IMG/VR virus record: IMGVR_UViG_3300046787_000099
Location: 32,001 to 96,000 of that record
Length of the DNA stretch: 64,000 nucleotides
DNA from: a virus
Strand: one strand, 5' to 3'
This document shows, piece after piece, positions 19,791 through 29,127 of the stretch; position 1 is the first letter of the stretch; each line of letters opens with the position of its first letter. The notes beneath the pieces are model-generated. The model searched no databases, had not been told where the DNA came from, and worked only from the letters and a program-made list of their open reading frames with translations. Both the position numbers and the translations under genes were made by a program.

Positions 19791-20736
19791 ATCTATTTGT
19801 TCTGTTTGGCAGTTCGTACATGTTGAACCTGTTTAGGTCATTCTTGATTCTGCGTTGTTTCTCCCAAGGAGTTTGCTTCTTTATTTCAATGTCTGCCATA
19901 ATGAATGCTTCCTCAGAAAGTTGCTTATAATAGCCAAGTTTCTTCTGTAGCTGTTCGAACGTCTCATCTGTTAATTGGTTAGATAGGGTTTCAAATATCT
20001 TGTACTTAATAAATGCTTCTACATACTCTCTAATACGATAGTTATCAGGAATCAATTGATTACCAATACCATCATACTCAACAGTATAGAATATCAAGTG
20101 AACAATACCATTTCTGAAGTTAGTGACAAACTTGTTGTCTCTGATATCAAAACTATCATAACCAGCAGCCCCAGGAGTGAACTCGCGAATCGTAGGTACT
20201 GAAGGAGCAAAATCCCATGACTCAGTATACTTTACATCACAGTTAGCCTGTGCAGATAAATTGCCTGGCTTAAGTAAATATTCTTTCTTGTATGATCTAG
20301 TAGTTTGTGTATTAGTCTTGTATACAGCTTGAATTAAATCAGGCATACAAGAAGGACATCCTGTTGTACATGTAGGGTTAGAACAAGGAACACCACCAAC
20401 TGTAACAGGAGAAACTTGAATAGTTGTAGCTGAAGCAGCTTGAGAATAGAATGAGTTAGCAGATTGGTATGGCAACTGAGGAATCTCTGTAGCCATCCAT
20501 GCTTCTCTTACAGCAAAGAAGTTATCTGGAAGTCTTGCTTGAAAGTCTTGGATGTGAAGAATTTGTTCACTAATAACATAAGTAGCTCTACCTAACTTAC
20601 GAAGACACTTATCCAAGTAAGTAGGGAACAATAAGTCATCTACAGCTCCTGTATCAAAGTAGCTTTTTAACTCCTCTTTAACTGTAGAGTAAACAGGCTC
20701 AGGAGAGACAAAGTTATATTTATAGTAGTACGACAT
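19768..20736 (-). CDS. Tail tubular / ring protein
   Basis: 322 aa; TNFRNGIVHLIFY...DGIGNQLIPD motif; immediately upstream of the muzzle gene. Confidence 0.6.
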   Translation of the reverse strand: MSYYYKYNFVSPEPVYSTVKEELKSYFDTGAVDDLLFPTYLDKCLRKLGRATYVISEQILHIQDFQARLPDNFFAVREAWMATEIPQLPYQSANSFYSQAASATTIQVSPVTVGGVPCSNPTCTTGCPSCMPDLIQAVYKTNTQTTRSYKKEYLLKPGNLSAQANCDVKYTESWDFAPSVPTIREFTPGAAGYDSFDIRDNKFVTNFRNGIVHLIFYTVEYDGIGNQLIPDNYRIREYVEAFIKYKIFETLSNQLTDETFEQLQKKLGYYKQLSEEAFIMADIEIKKQTPWEKQRRIKNDLNRFNMYELPNRTNRYGWRRNN

Positions 20737-20739
20737 AAG

Positions 20740-21219
20740 TTATTTTTTCCACTCACGATAGATATGTTGATATTTCTCGTCAGTCTTTATATAGTGAGAT
20801 AATAGTCTTGATGTTGTTCTGGTAGGTTTAAAGTACCAAAGGTTTGTATGCTTTAATCTAGCTGTCTCTCTAAACCACATCCATCCAAAGAAGTATCCCT
20901 CCGTGTGGTAATTGAAATTGTAGATTCTCTTTCCCTTCTCTTTACTCTTTTGCCAATCAATAGGCAAGTTAATTACATCTACACCATCCACCTTCTTAAA
21001 CTTCTTTCTCTTCTTCTTGTTAATAGAGAACTCACCAAAGCCAAGTGGTAACTTAGCTTTCTCTCCAGTTTCAAGAATGTAGTTTTTGAATGCCTCGTTG
21101 AACGAGTAGATGATGTTCCTCCACTCATCAAATGTGAGCTTTATTAGAGGATGCTTCTTACAGAAGCTTTTGTAGTTGTCTTTGCTGGATGATCTCCAGT
21201 CTATTTTAACTCTTGGCAT
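20740..21219 (-). CDS. HU/IHF-like DNA-binding protein
   Basis: Basic 159 aa; ILETGEKAKLPLGFGEFSINKK ... FKPTR HU-like signature; crAss-like position. Confidence 0.6.
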   Translation of the reverse strand: MPRVKIDWRSSSKDNYKSFCKKHPLIKLTFDEWRNIIYSFNEAFKNYILETGEKAKLPLGFGEFSINKKKRKKFKKVDGVDVINLPIDWQKSKEKGKRIYNFNYHTEGYFFGWMWFRETARLKHTNLWYFKPTRTTSRLLSHYIKTDEKYQHIYREWKK

Positions 21220-21932
21220 TATTGCTTGCTTACTTGATCATCTTTATTGTCAGATGTTTTATCATCATTGATCTTAAAGTATGTCGAGATTAGTTTCTGT
21301 GAGGTTAATTCTAACACTTGCTTCTCTAAGTATCCTGGACATCCATACTCTTTGTCTAATGGATTCTTGCAATACTCATTAAGATCTACACCATTTGCAC
21401 AACAACATTCAGAGAACATGATCTCATTTGGAACATCTTCCTCAAAGAATGCTGCAATACGTACAGCTTGTAACAATGGATTACTAACATATAGATATCC
21501 ATTAACAATCCAGTAGTATGGCTGATTCTTGATTAAAGGAAGAGATAATAGATTTAGATATCTATTGATTGTTACTTCCTTAAATCTAGTTCCTTGACCT
21601 CCCATAGCATTGATAGACCACACACCTTGAATAAGGTATTGATAGTTACCTTCTGCAATACGAGGAAGCTTGAATCTAGTTCTAGATACATTACATGGAT
21701 CAACATAATCACAACACTCAGAGATAGGTACTTGAATCATCTCTAAGCAAGGGATGGTTGTGAAGATGGTATCTGTAGCCCAAAGTCTACGAAGATTAGT
21801 CTCACGTTTAAGTAATAGCTGCGTGTTGTTTTTAATCTCAGACGCAACAACCCTATCAGTGATAAGGTTGTCCGTTGATAGCAATTTGTGCATTGAACGC
21901 ACGTCTGAAACTAATTTTCTTAATGTTGCCAT
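21219..21932 (-). CDS. Tail ring / neck structural protein
   Basis: 237 aa; YYWIVNGYLYV and AFFEED motifs; synteny. Confidence 0.55.
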   Translation of the reverse strand: MATLRKLVSDVRSMHKLLSTDNLITDRVVASEIKNNTQLLLKRETNLRRLWATDTIFTTIPCLEMIQVPISECCDYVDPCNVSRTRFKLPRIAEGNYQYLIQGVWSINAMGGQGTRFKEVTINRYLNLLSLPLIKNQPYYWIVNGYLYVSNPLLQAVRIAAFFEEDVPNEIMFSECCCANGVDLNEYCKNPLDKEYGCPGYLEKQVLELTSQKLISTYFKINDDKTSDNKDDQVSKQ

Positions 21933-21934
21933 TG

Positions 21935-23161
21935 TTATATTCTTTCTTCAAATTCAGCAATCTTGCCAGTGTCCTTGTTATAGACTAGAGCAAGTGCTGC
22001 TCTAACACTATGAACATAGTTGTTATCTAAGTGCCATCTATCTGTACCAGACAAGCTAGGCATTTGTTGTATTCTTACACCTTTGACTTCCTTAGCCATG
22101 TAGTGGTGTTTATCTCCTGTGTGAACCTCTCTGTACTTAGCATATCCAAACATTTGACTATACTCAGGATGAGTTGCAAACAATAATGGAAGATCTTCAA
22201 TCTTACAGTTACCATGATGATAACCAATGAATGTATCACCTACCATTACACCTTTCACTGTACTGTGTTCTCTTATGAAAGATACACTAGGATCATTCTT
22301 GAAGAATACATCTAGTGCATGTGCTAGGTAATAAGACTTAGTTCTGTCATGATTACCTTGTACTAATACTACCTTCACATTCTCACACACTCTACTGATT
22401 GCCTTGATAGTATCTACAAGCAAGTTAAAGCCTGCTTCATATTCATCAGCATAGTCCATAATAGTGTCTTGTGGAGTACCATTTGTTGTCTGATGCTGAT
22501 AGTTATCAGTGTGAAAGAAATCGTTTGATATAGGGAACACAATCGTGTCTATATCATACAATGATGTCACATTACCAATAAGAGATGTAGCAGTTGTGTA
22601 ATATCTTGCACACCTTGTCCATACAGAGTTATCACCATCTATGTGTCTCTTAGCTAAGTGATAGTCAGATAATGATAATTCAACATCTACCATCTTTTGC
22701 TCAATGTGATTAGATGTATGTTTTGGTTCAGGAATGTAGTTAGATTTGTAATTTTCTAGGAACTTTGCAAAGTCCTCAGGAGTGTAGTCTTTAGCTTCTT
22801 TTCTCTTAGAGAATACTGAAGAAGTAAATTTACCATTAGGTAATAACTTAGACCAGTAGTTTGTAATAACGTATTTATCAAGGTTAATCTTGTGCAGAGC
22901 AGCAAGCTCTATATCATCCTTGGGTTCAAAATCGAGAATCAATATGCTCTCAATAGTTCCTTTCTCATTGTTAATCTTTCGTACAGATTCACACAATAAA
23001 GGTGCTTTCAATGGATCGTTTTGTTCTCCCTCTCTTAGCTCTTTTAACAATTCATCTACTTCATTTTCAGTAATACCAAGCCTTGAGGCATAGTATGTTT
23101 TACTTTTCTTATGCTTCATTAATGCTTGAAGCATCGAAAGTTGATCCTGGTTTCCAGTCAT
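21935..23161 (-). CDS. Calcineurin-like metallophosphoesterase with N-terminal HTH-like segment
   Basis: SDYH, NDFFH, GNHD, HHG and HTGDKHH motifs; N-terminal YYASRLGITENEV. Confidence 0.8.
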   Translation of the reverse strand: MTGNQDQLSMLQALMKHKKSKTYYASRLGITENEVDELLKELREGEQNDPLKAPLLCESVRKINNEKGTIESILILDFEPKDDIELAALHKINLDKYVITNYWSKLLPNGKFTSSVFSKRKEAKDYTPEDFAKFLENYKSNYIPEPKHTSNHIEQKMVDVELSLSDYHLAKRHIDGDNSVWTRCARYYTTATSLIGNVTSLYDIDTIVFPISNDFFHTDNYQHQTTNGTPQDTIMDYADEYEAGFNLLVDTIKAISRVCENVKVVLVQGNHDRTKSYYLAHALDVFFKNDPSVSFIREHSTVKGVMVGDTFIGYHHGNCKIEDLPLLFATHPEYSQMFGYAKYREVHTGDKHHYMAKEVKGVRIQQMPSLSGTDRWHLDNNYVHSVRAALALVYNKDTGKIAEFEERI

Positions 23162-23188
23162 CCTACTTGTAGTTTAGTTAAATTGTCC

Positions 23189-23221
23189 TAAATATAAAAA
23201 TTAATTTCCGTATTTACCAAA
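23189..23221 (-). promoter_or_regulatory. Bacteroidetes-type promoter
   Basis: Minus strand TTTG (23218-23221), N21, TATATTTA (23189-23196). Confidence 0.6.
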
Positions 23222-23273
23222 CTATTGTAACAGAATTAATTATATAGGTTAATCAAGTTAGTTATAAAAAAGA

Positions 23274-23332
23274 AAACTCCCAGGGGTTTATTCCTGGGAG
23301 AAACCCTGTAAACCAACAAACAGGATTTTTTG
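23274..23332 (-). terminator. Double hairpin, probable intrinsic terminator
   Basis: CTCCCAGG/CCTGGGAG stem followed by a U-rich tract on the minus strand; second CCTG/CAGG stem. Confidence 0.6.
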
Positions 23333-23336
23333 TATC

Positions 23337-23993
23337 TTAAACTATCGTAATCTTTACAGTTTGATAGAATCCTGGAGCAACACCAGCACTACTCATAACC
23401 ATTTGGAAGCTAGAGAATGTGAAGTTTGGTGTACCAGGAGTGATAGTTTGAAGGACAGTTGTACCATCATAAGCAATTCTCTCAATCTTCTGAATAGTTT
23501 TACCAGCACCAGAAACAATTGTAGATCCTCCTAATTGATACGATAATGTATTAACTAAATCTAGATTGTATGATGTTGTGAAACTTCCATATCCACCTTG
23601 AGAATTCAACACTACTGTCGCATCACCTGAAGGAGTTACTTGGAATGCATAGTTATAATGAATTTCTGCAACTGTAGTTGTGGTTGTAGTTGTAGGAGTT
23701 GCTGTTGTAGTAGTACTAGTTGTTGTACTTGTACTTGTACTAGTTGTAGATGTTGTAGTTGTAGTTGATGTAATTACATTCAAATCTACATATGTCTGAC
23801 ATGTTCCAGGAGAGGATACACGAATAGTTGTTGTTCCATCAGGAACTACTGTACTAATATATCCTGCAACTAAAGAGGCTTTAGATACTCCCGTAGCAAA
23901 TGCAGTAGTGTAACCATCTGTATTTGAATACAAGTTAAATGTAGGACCAGTGTCCGCTCCTGCTAAAGTTAATGTTATTGATACTGTTATCAT
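23337..23993 (-). CDS. Virion decoration/fiber-like protein with central Thr-rich linker
   Basis: Two beta-rich domains separated by a ~33-aa Thr/Ser tract. Confidence 0.55.
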   Translation of the reverse strand: MITVSITLTLAGADTGPTFNLYSNTDGYTTAFATGVSKASLVAGYISTVVPDGTTTIRVSSPGTCQTYVDLNVITSTTTTTSTTSTSTSTTTSTTTTATPTTTTTTTVAEIHYNYAFQVTPSGDATVVLNSQGGYGSFTTSYNLDLVNTLSYQLGGSTIVSGAGKTIQKIERIAYDGTTVLQTITPGTPNFTFSSFQMVMSSAGVAPGFYQTVKITIV

Positions 23994-24004
23994 TTGGTTT
24001 AATA

Positions 24005-24355
24005 TTAACTAGTTGTGGTAGTAGTAGTTGTTGTTGGTGTTACAGTAGTTGTTGTTGTTGTCGTTGAACAACCATTTACTAATGCACAGAATCTAGCTTT
24101 CAATACAGGATCATTAGAAATAGCAGTTAGTATCTGATCAGCTTGATTATCTGGATCAAGGGTATTGTCAATCTTTTGAATAACAACATTTAGTATATCA
24201 GCATAGTTTACTCCTGTGTAAGGTAAGTTAGGTCCATTATAGTAGATTAAATCTGTTTTAATTGGATATCCTAAGAACCTGTCACTCAAGCAACCTGCTG
24301 GATACAATGTATATACATTAGGACCATTACATGGCATTCCTGGTAAACAAGACAT
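24005..24355 (-). CDS. Cys-containing small structural protein with Thr-rich tail
   Basis: Probable start MSCLPGMPC at 24355; YNGPNLPYTGV motif shared with the neighbouring gene (YTGLDSVPLGI). Confidence 0.55.
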   Translation of the reverse strand: MSCLPGMPCNGPNVYTLYPAGCLSDRFLGYPIKTDLIYYNGPNLPYTGVNYADILNVVIQKIDNTLDPDNQADQILTAISNDPVLKARFCALVNGCSTTTTTTTVTPTTTTTTTTS

Positions 24356-24366
24356 ATTGTTAAAAT

Positions 24367-25032
24367 TTAAACTGATGTGATAACTTGCCAAGCAGATCCT
24401 GTATACACATTAAGCTTAGAAGTTGTTGTATTAAAGATGATTAGACCAGTAGCAGGAGAAACCATTGCGTCTCTTTGACCTGTAGTCATGTTCTTAGCAG
24501 CAAGTCCTGGTAAGGATGCTTGATAAGAAGCAATAAGAGTGTTTAGATCTGCAAGCTTTACATAGTTAGTATCTACATCTAATGCTAATGCTTCAAGATC
24601 TGTTTCTGTTGCACAAACTTTGTTAATGATAGCTTGAACAACAAGGTGAGTATCAGAAGAATTCGTAACACCAGATAAACAATCTACATTATAATCAGCA
24701 TTCAATGTAGTGATGGCAGCAGCTACAGCAGTCACCTGAGTTTGTAAACTACATGCAGCTTTAACTAATGCAGTGAATAACTCAACAGCATTAGGAACTC
24801 TTCCCACAGGTAGATAACCTGTAACAAGAGCACAGTAGTCTCCTGAAGAAATTGTAATGTCAATACCTGTTCCGTTTAGGAATGATACAACATTTGAGAT
24901 GAGTGCTTCTTCTACAAGTAATAGATTATCACCATTAGAAATTCCTAATGGTACGCTATCTAACCCTGTATATCTAACACATTTGTCAGGTGTAATCTCA
25001 ACACACCCATTATAGCAATTTGTACAAGACAT
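24367..25032 (-). CDS. Cys-rich fiber-like structural protein
   Basis: MSCTNCYNGC start; coiled-coil segments; C-terminal MTTGQRDAMVSPATGLIIFNTTT...W motif. Confidence 0.6.
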   Translation of the reverse strand: MSCTNCYNGCVEITPDKCVRYTGLDSVPLGISNGDNLLLVEEALISNVVSFLNGTGIDITISSGDYCALVTGYLPVGRVPNAVELFTALVKAACSLQTQVTAVAAAITTLNADYNVDCLSGVTNSSDTHLVVQAIINKVCATETDLEALALDVDTNYVKLADLNTLIASYQASLPGLAAKNMTTGQRDAMVSPATGLIIFNTTTSKLNVYTGSAWQVITSV

Positions 25033-25039
25033 TTCTTTC

Positions 25040-25306
25040 TTATTTATGAATTAAAATTTTTACTCTACTAGCAATCATTGCAACTGTGAATGGTTTACAA
25101 TATTCAGGGTTACAAGCCTTGTAAGTCAAGACTTGTTTGTAATGTAATAAATCAGCAATCACCTGTCCTGGTATATAGTAATTTAAAGCAAATACAATAT
25201 TGTTAAATTGATGGTTAGCTAAGTCTGTTAGCTTGCAATCAATATCAGCTAGTAATACAGTTATACTAGAACAATCAATACAATTGGTCAGTCTCGGTGT
25301 TAACAT
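25040..25306 (-). CDS. Small Cys-containing structural protein
   Basis: 88-aa ORF in the structural operon. Confidence 0.6.
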   Translation of the reverse strand: MLTPRLTNCIDCSSITVLLADIDCKLTDLANHQFNNIVFALNYYIPGQVIADLLHYKQVLTYKACNPEYCKPFTVAMIASRVKILIHK

Positions 25307-25312
25307 TTCTTA

Positions 25313-25426
25313 TTATTTATTTACAATTGCTTCTTGTTGAACAGCATAGTTGCATGCTGAACAATAGCCATTTACTAATTGACATCCGCAACCAACCTTT
25401 ACTTGACATCTTTTACAATTTGCCAT
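25313..25426 (-). CDS. 37-aa Cys-rich peptide (not in ORF track)
   Basis: MANCKRCQVKVGCGCQLVNGYCSACNYAVQQEAIVNK*; exactly fills the gap between neighbouring genes. Confidence 0.7.
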   Translation of the reverse strand: MANCKRCQVKVGCGCQLVNGYCSACNYAVQQEAIVNK

Positions 25427-25430
25427 AATC

Positions 25431-25997
25431 TTATCTGAAGTTATTAATGTAATTATTTCCAGAACATCCGCAGTTATTGCTGATGAAATTGTTCAACATG
25501 TTATTAGCTTGAACATAAAGTTTATTAGCTGTATCTACAGCACAGTTATTAGCAGCTGCAATAGATCCTTGAATCATATACCAGATACTATTCAAATCCA
25601 CCTTAGCTTGTGTCTTAATAGCCATATCACATTCCATCATGTCAAGCTTCATGAAAGCATTGTCAAACTTTTCTTGAATCTGCTCAATACGCATGATAGT
25701 CTTCTCTACATAGTTCTCGTATGCAGGAGCAACTGAATATCTCAAATAGTATACACCATCAGGTAGAGGTAAATATGGATCACCCACTTCACTCAACCCT
25801 AATGTTGCTGAGTTAAATACATTGAAATCTTGTACTGTGAACGGTATAGCAACAGGATCGAAACCAGGCATTGTGATTTCAATAGTTGGAGAAGTAACTA
25901 CAGGAGGTTCTGTTGGATAGGTTGATATATCAGCAATACCTAATGTAAAGGTATTGTATGTGTTAATCACTAATATATCTAATTTTAAAGTTGGCAT
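25431..25997 (-). CDS. Tail hub/collar-type structural protein
   Basis: Probable start MPTLKLD at 25997 (the longer start crosses a hairpin); LPDGVYYLRYSV motif. Confidence 0.55.
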   Translation of the reverse strand: MPTLKLDILVINTYNTFTLGIADISTYPTEPPVVTSPTIEITMPGFDPVAIPFTVQDFNVFNSATLGLSEVGDPYLPLPDGVYYLRYSVAPAYENYVEKTIMRIEQIQEKFDNAFMKLDMMECDMAIKTQAKVDLNSIWYMIQGSIAAANNCAVDTANKLYVQANNMLNNFISNNCGCSGNNYINNFR

Positions 25998-26014
25998 ATC
26001 GTTATAAAATAATA

Positions 26015-26055
26015 ATGCCAGAGGATTTGAGAATAATCCTCTCACCCTCTGGCAT
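26015..26055 (-). terminator. Stem-loop after auxiliary capsid gene
   Basis: ATGCCAGAGG ... CCTCTGGCAT inverted repeat followed by a U-rich run on the minus strand. Confidence 0.6.
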
Positions 26056-26080
26056 AGGTTATATGATTCTTACCTTCTGA

Positions 26081-27226
26081 TTAAGGGATCAACGTTGTTG
26101 TTGTTGAAGTAGAAGGCCAAGTAGTAGTTGTAGTACTTGTTGTAGAAGTAATTGGACCACTTTCATCAGATACTGTTCCTAAAGCTGCTTCTAAGATATC
26201 TTGGATATCTAATGCTAAGTTTTGAGGAGTAGCGATGATTACAGTTGAATCTTCTTTGATATAGTCACCCCACTGATAAGCAGATTTGTCATAATCATTG
26301 AACTTGATGTAATACGTATCATAAGTAGTACCATCAGTTACCCAAGATTCAAAGTTCTCATTGTACCCAACCATACGGTATAAGTGCTTTAAGTAACCAG
26401 CTTGGTAGCTATAGAAGTTTTTCTCTAATTGCTTGATCTCATCAGATGTACCAGAAACATAAGAAGAACGTTGAGTTACCTCAGCAGTAGCAACCATGTT
26501 ACAAGAATCTGCAACGATGAAGTCAGCAGTTGTAGCAGGACCAGCATACACGAAAGTACGGAACCACATACGGTCATACTCCCAAGGGAATGCAGCAACA
26601 TCACAAGGTTGACCATACTTAGTTAATGGCTTACCAGTGATACGTAAGATTGCGTTTTGATTGTTACCAATACGTTGGAATTGGTAGAAATCAGAGAAAG
26701 TGATGTTGTCAGGGTTGTTACCTGGAGCTTGCTCATTAAACTTAATGATAAATTGATCAATCAAGTTTGGAACATCAACATCAGCACAAGGATCTCCACC
26801 ACAAGCTAAACACTCACCTTTAACAGTCACTGAACGAGTGAAACCGTTGAAGTATAATGTGTTTAAGTAAGAAGAGAACGCACGTAATGTAATAGTTACA
26901 TCAGTACCAGGAGTCACTGTAAAGTCAGTAACATCAGTTACTTGGTTAGCAGCTACTGGATTTCCAGTTACTTTGTACCACTCAGTTACGTTAGAACCGT
27001 TAGAAGCAATCTTGTCAGAACGCTTAGATCCTTGTAAGTAAGTGTTTGTACGACCTTGAGCAACATAGAAGTAAGGACGAGCAGTAATGTTACTATCTGT
27101 TGCTACAGTGTAATCACTACGGAAGATACCAAACTTGCCTGCTGTCAAATTTTGTGTAGAACCAGTGCTAGGTAATGTGTTGCCTACTGGAACTACAAAC
27201 AGGGTGGTTAATGAGAAATCAGCCAT
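26081..27226 (-). CDS. Auxiliary capsid protein
   Basis: 381 aa, beta-rich; codon bias like the MCP; downstream of MCP; Thr-rich C-terminus. Confidence 0.6.
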   Translation of the reverse strand: MADFSLTTLFVVPVGNTLPSTGSTQNLTAGKFGIFRSDYTVATDSNITARPYFYVAQGRTNTYLQGSKRSDKIASNGSNVTEWYKVTGNPVAANQVTDVTDFTVTPGTDVTITLRAFSSYLNTLYFNGFTRSVTVKGECLACGGDPCADVDVPNLIDQFIIKFNEQAPGNNPDNITFSDFYQFQRIGNNQNAILRITGKPLTKYGQPCDVAAFPWEYDRMWFRTFVYAGPATTADFIVADSCNMVATAEVTQRSSYVSGTSDEIKQLEKNFYSYQAGYLKHLYRMVGYNENFESWVTDGTTYDTYYIKFNDYDKSAYQWGDYIKEDSTVIIATPQNLALDIQDILEAALGTVSDESGPITSTTSTTTTTWPSTSTTTTLIP

Positions 27227-27251
27227 TTGTTATATTAATTAAATTGTTTAC

Positions 27252-27983
27252 TTATTCATTTGTCTTGATTCTGTATATCGAGCTCTCAACCGCTGATTGA
27301 TTCTCTGTATACATTGCAAGATTTTGTACGGTCAAGTCTAGGATCTCATCTTCTAGATAAGTTTCAAGTTCACAGTCTTGATCATACGATGGTTCTCCAT
27401 CTAACATAATGTACCCAGTTTTATTAATATACTGCGGATATCTCATGTATGAGATGTAGATTTTACTTGGTGTGAAGGTTCCATCAGTGAAGATGGAGAT
27501 CTCGTCTGAGGAGATGAAATTGAAGGTTTCCTGATACTCGAATGATGGTCTGTAGTGAGTGTTGTTTAAACAAAACTGCAAATCACCATGTTTAGCAAGA
27601 TCACGATTAATCCAAATCTTTCTGTCCTTACACAATCCCTTACTGGCAATTACGTAACTATCTACGTAAAACATGTACTTAGGTTCAAGTTGATGAACAT
27701 AGGCACTCCATTGATTTAACTCAGCATTCTTCAAAGCTAGTGGTAACTCACCATCATTGTAATTTACCACTAGGCTTTGCAGGTCTTCATATCGTTTCTT
27801 AAAGGCATCTAAGCCAAGACCTGATATTGTATTCTGACCATCTATTTTCTGCTTTATTAACTTTATCTGAGCTTCATTGAGAGCTAAGATTTTGTCTTCT
27901 AACTGAATCTGTTGATGCTCGTTTGCTGATAGCTTATTTAGTCTTTGGTCAATCTTATATAATAAACTATCTACGGGGATCAT
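27252..27983 (-). CDS. Head-tail ring protein
   Basis: LNEAQ...KRYEDLQSLV...YMRYP...CELETYLEDEILDLTV motifs of crAss-like ring proteins. Confidence 0.6.
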   Translation of the reverse strand: MIPVDSLLYKIDQRLNKLSANEHQQIQLEDKILALNEAQIKLIKQKIDGQNTISGLGLDAFKKRYEDLQSLVVNYNDGELPLALKNAELNQWSAYVHQLEPKYMFYVDSYVIASKGLCKDRKIWINRDLAKHGDLQFCLNNTHYRPSFEYQETFNFISSDEISIFTDGTFTPSKIYISYMRYPQYINKTGYIMLDGEPSYDQDCELETYLEDEILDLTVQNLAMYTENQSAVESSIYRIKTNE

Positions 27984-28948
27984 ACAGCGGCTAGTTTTTT
28001 CGTTTTAAGTTTCTGCTCTAAGATCAGTAAATCATCTTGGTGATCTTCATCAATCAAGAACTTAACTAATTCTTCCTCATCTACTGCAACTTCGAATTCA
28101 CCTTGATAAACTTTACCATTAGGTTTGATTCTATAAATAGAATGAGTAATTGCTTGTTTTACTAAATCTTTTACATGAAGTAGGTTCTCTTGCATATCTG
28201 CAAATCGACCAAACACTTCGATTGTTGAAAGACCTTGATACTTACCATCCTTGAACTCAGTCTGCTTTAAGATGTTGTCCACTAGGTTATATACTACTTG
28301 GTCTTTAGTTTCTTCTGATACAGGTAAGCCTAGTAAACGAGCAACTTTACGTTTCTTCTCAGGAGTCATTGAATCAAACTTGCCAATAGCTTTGTTGATC
28401 AATTGTTTCTTCTTGAAGATAATTGCACTTTCAATCTCATCATCTACTACATAGAACTGTGTATCTGCTGGATATTCACCACGCTCCCAAGCTTGATAGC
28501 TAGAAGCAATTGTTGGATGAACTCGTAACCAAGCAAAAGCTAACTCTTGCATTGGATTAGTAAAGTCAAAGTAGTTATCACCATCTAGCAACTTAACTGC
28601 TTGTACGTGTAACATATCATCATTTCCTTGAGACAAACCATAATTCCAGAACTTAGAACGAGGACCTAAATCCACATCACCTAACGCAGATTCTAATCTA
28701 GCACGTAAATTAGTTACACGTTCGATCTCAAGTTCTCTTTCTGTTTGATCACCAATACGCTGAATGTATGCAGCATTTGGATTTAATCCTGTACGATACT
28801 GACCATCAAGCTCCTTGTAAGGATACTTAAACACTCCTGTACCAGGAATACGTGTCAAACCTTTTTGTGCAAGACCACCTTGCATTGTTTGCATTTGAGA
28901 GTTACTATACTCTTTCTTAATAGTAGAGATTTTTCCTATCTTACCCAT
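27980..28948 (-). CDS. Conserved crAss-like protein following MCP
   Basis: 322 aa; synteny directly after MCP. Confidence 0.6.
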   Translation of the reverse strand: MGKIGKISTIKKEYSNSQMQTMQGGLAQKGLTRIPGTGVFKYPYKELDGQYRTGLNPNAAYIQRIGDQTERELEIERVTNLRARLESALGDVDLGPRSKFWNYGLSQGNDDMLHVQAVKLLDGDNYFDFTNPMQELAFAWLRVHPTIASSYQAWERGEYPADTQFYVVDDEIESAIIFKKKQLINKAIGKFDSMTPEKKRKVARLLGLPVSEETKDQVVYNLVDNILKQTEFKDGKYQGLSTIEVFGRFADMQENLLHVKDLVKQAITHSIYRIKPNGKVYQGEFEVAVDEEELVKFLIDEDHQDDLLILEQKLKTKKLAAV

Positions 28949-28974
28949 ATGTAGTTTAAATTTAATTTGGTTTG

Positions 28975-29031
28975 CAGAGTGCTATCCATCGAAGGAATAG
29001 CGACCAGGGACACCCCAATCCAAGCACTCTG
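28975..29031 (-). ncRNA. tRNA-like three-way-junction structured element
   Basis: Minus strand: CAGAGUG/CACUCUG closing stem, GAUUGGGG/CCCUGGUC arm, CUAUUCC-UUCGAU-GGAUAG arm. Confidence 0.45.
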
Positions 29032-29043
29032 TATTCAAGAAAT

Positions 29044-29075
29044 AGCTCCCCCTGAGGAGGGAGGGTGGGGGAGCT
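29044..29075 (-). terminator. GC-rich hairpin after MCP
   Basis: AGCTCCCCC/GGGGGAGCT 9-bp stem, then AUUUCUU on the minus strand. Confidence 0.65.
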
Positions 29076-29127
29076 TCTCTCTTGTAGCCTGCTGATTAGC
29101 AAGCATTTAGGCATGGAGCCTAGTATA

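Noticed and set aside
28975-29031. Canonical tRNA gene
   Set aside because: Only 57 nt with no D arm or anticodon arm; no canonical tRNA was recognised anywhere in the window.
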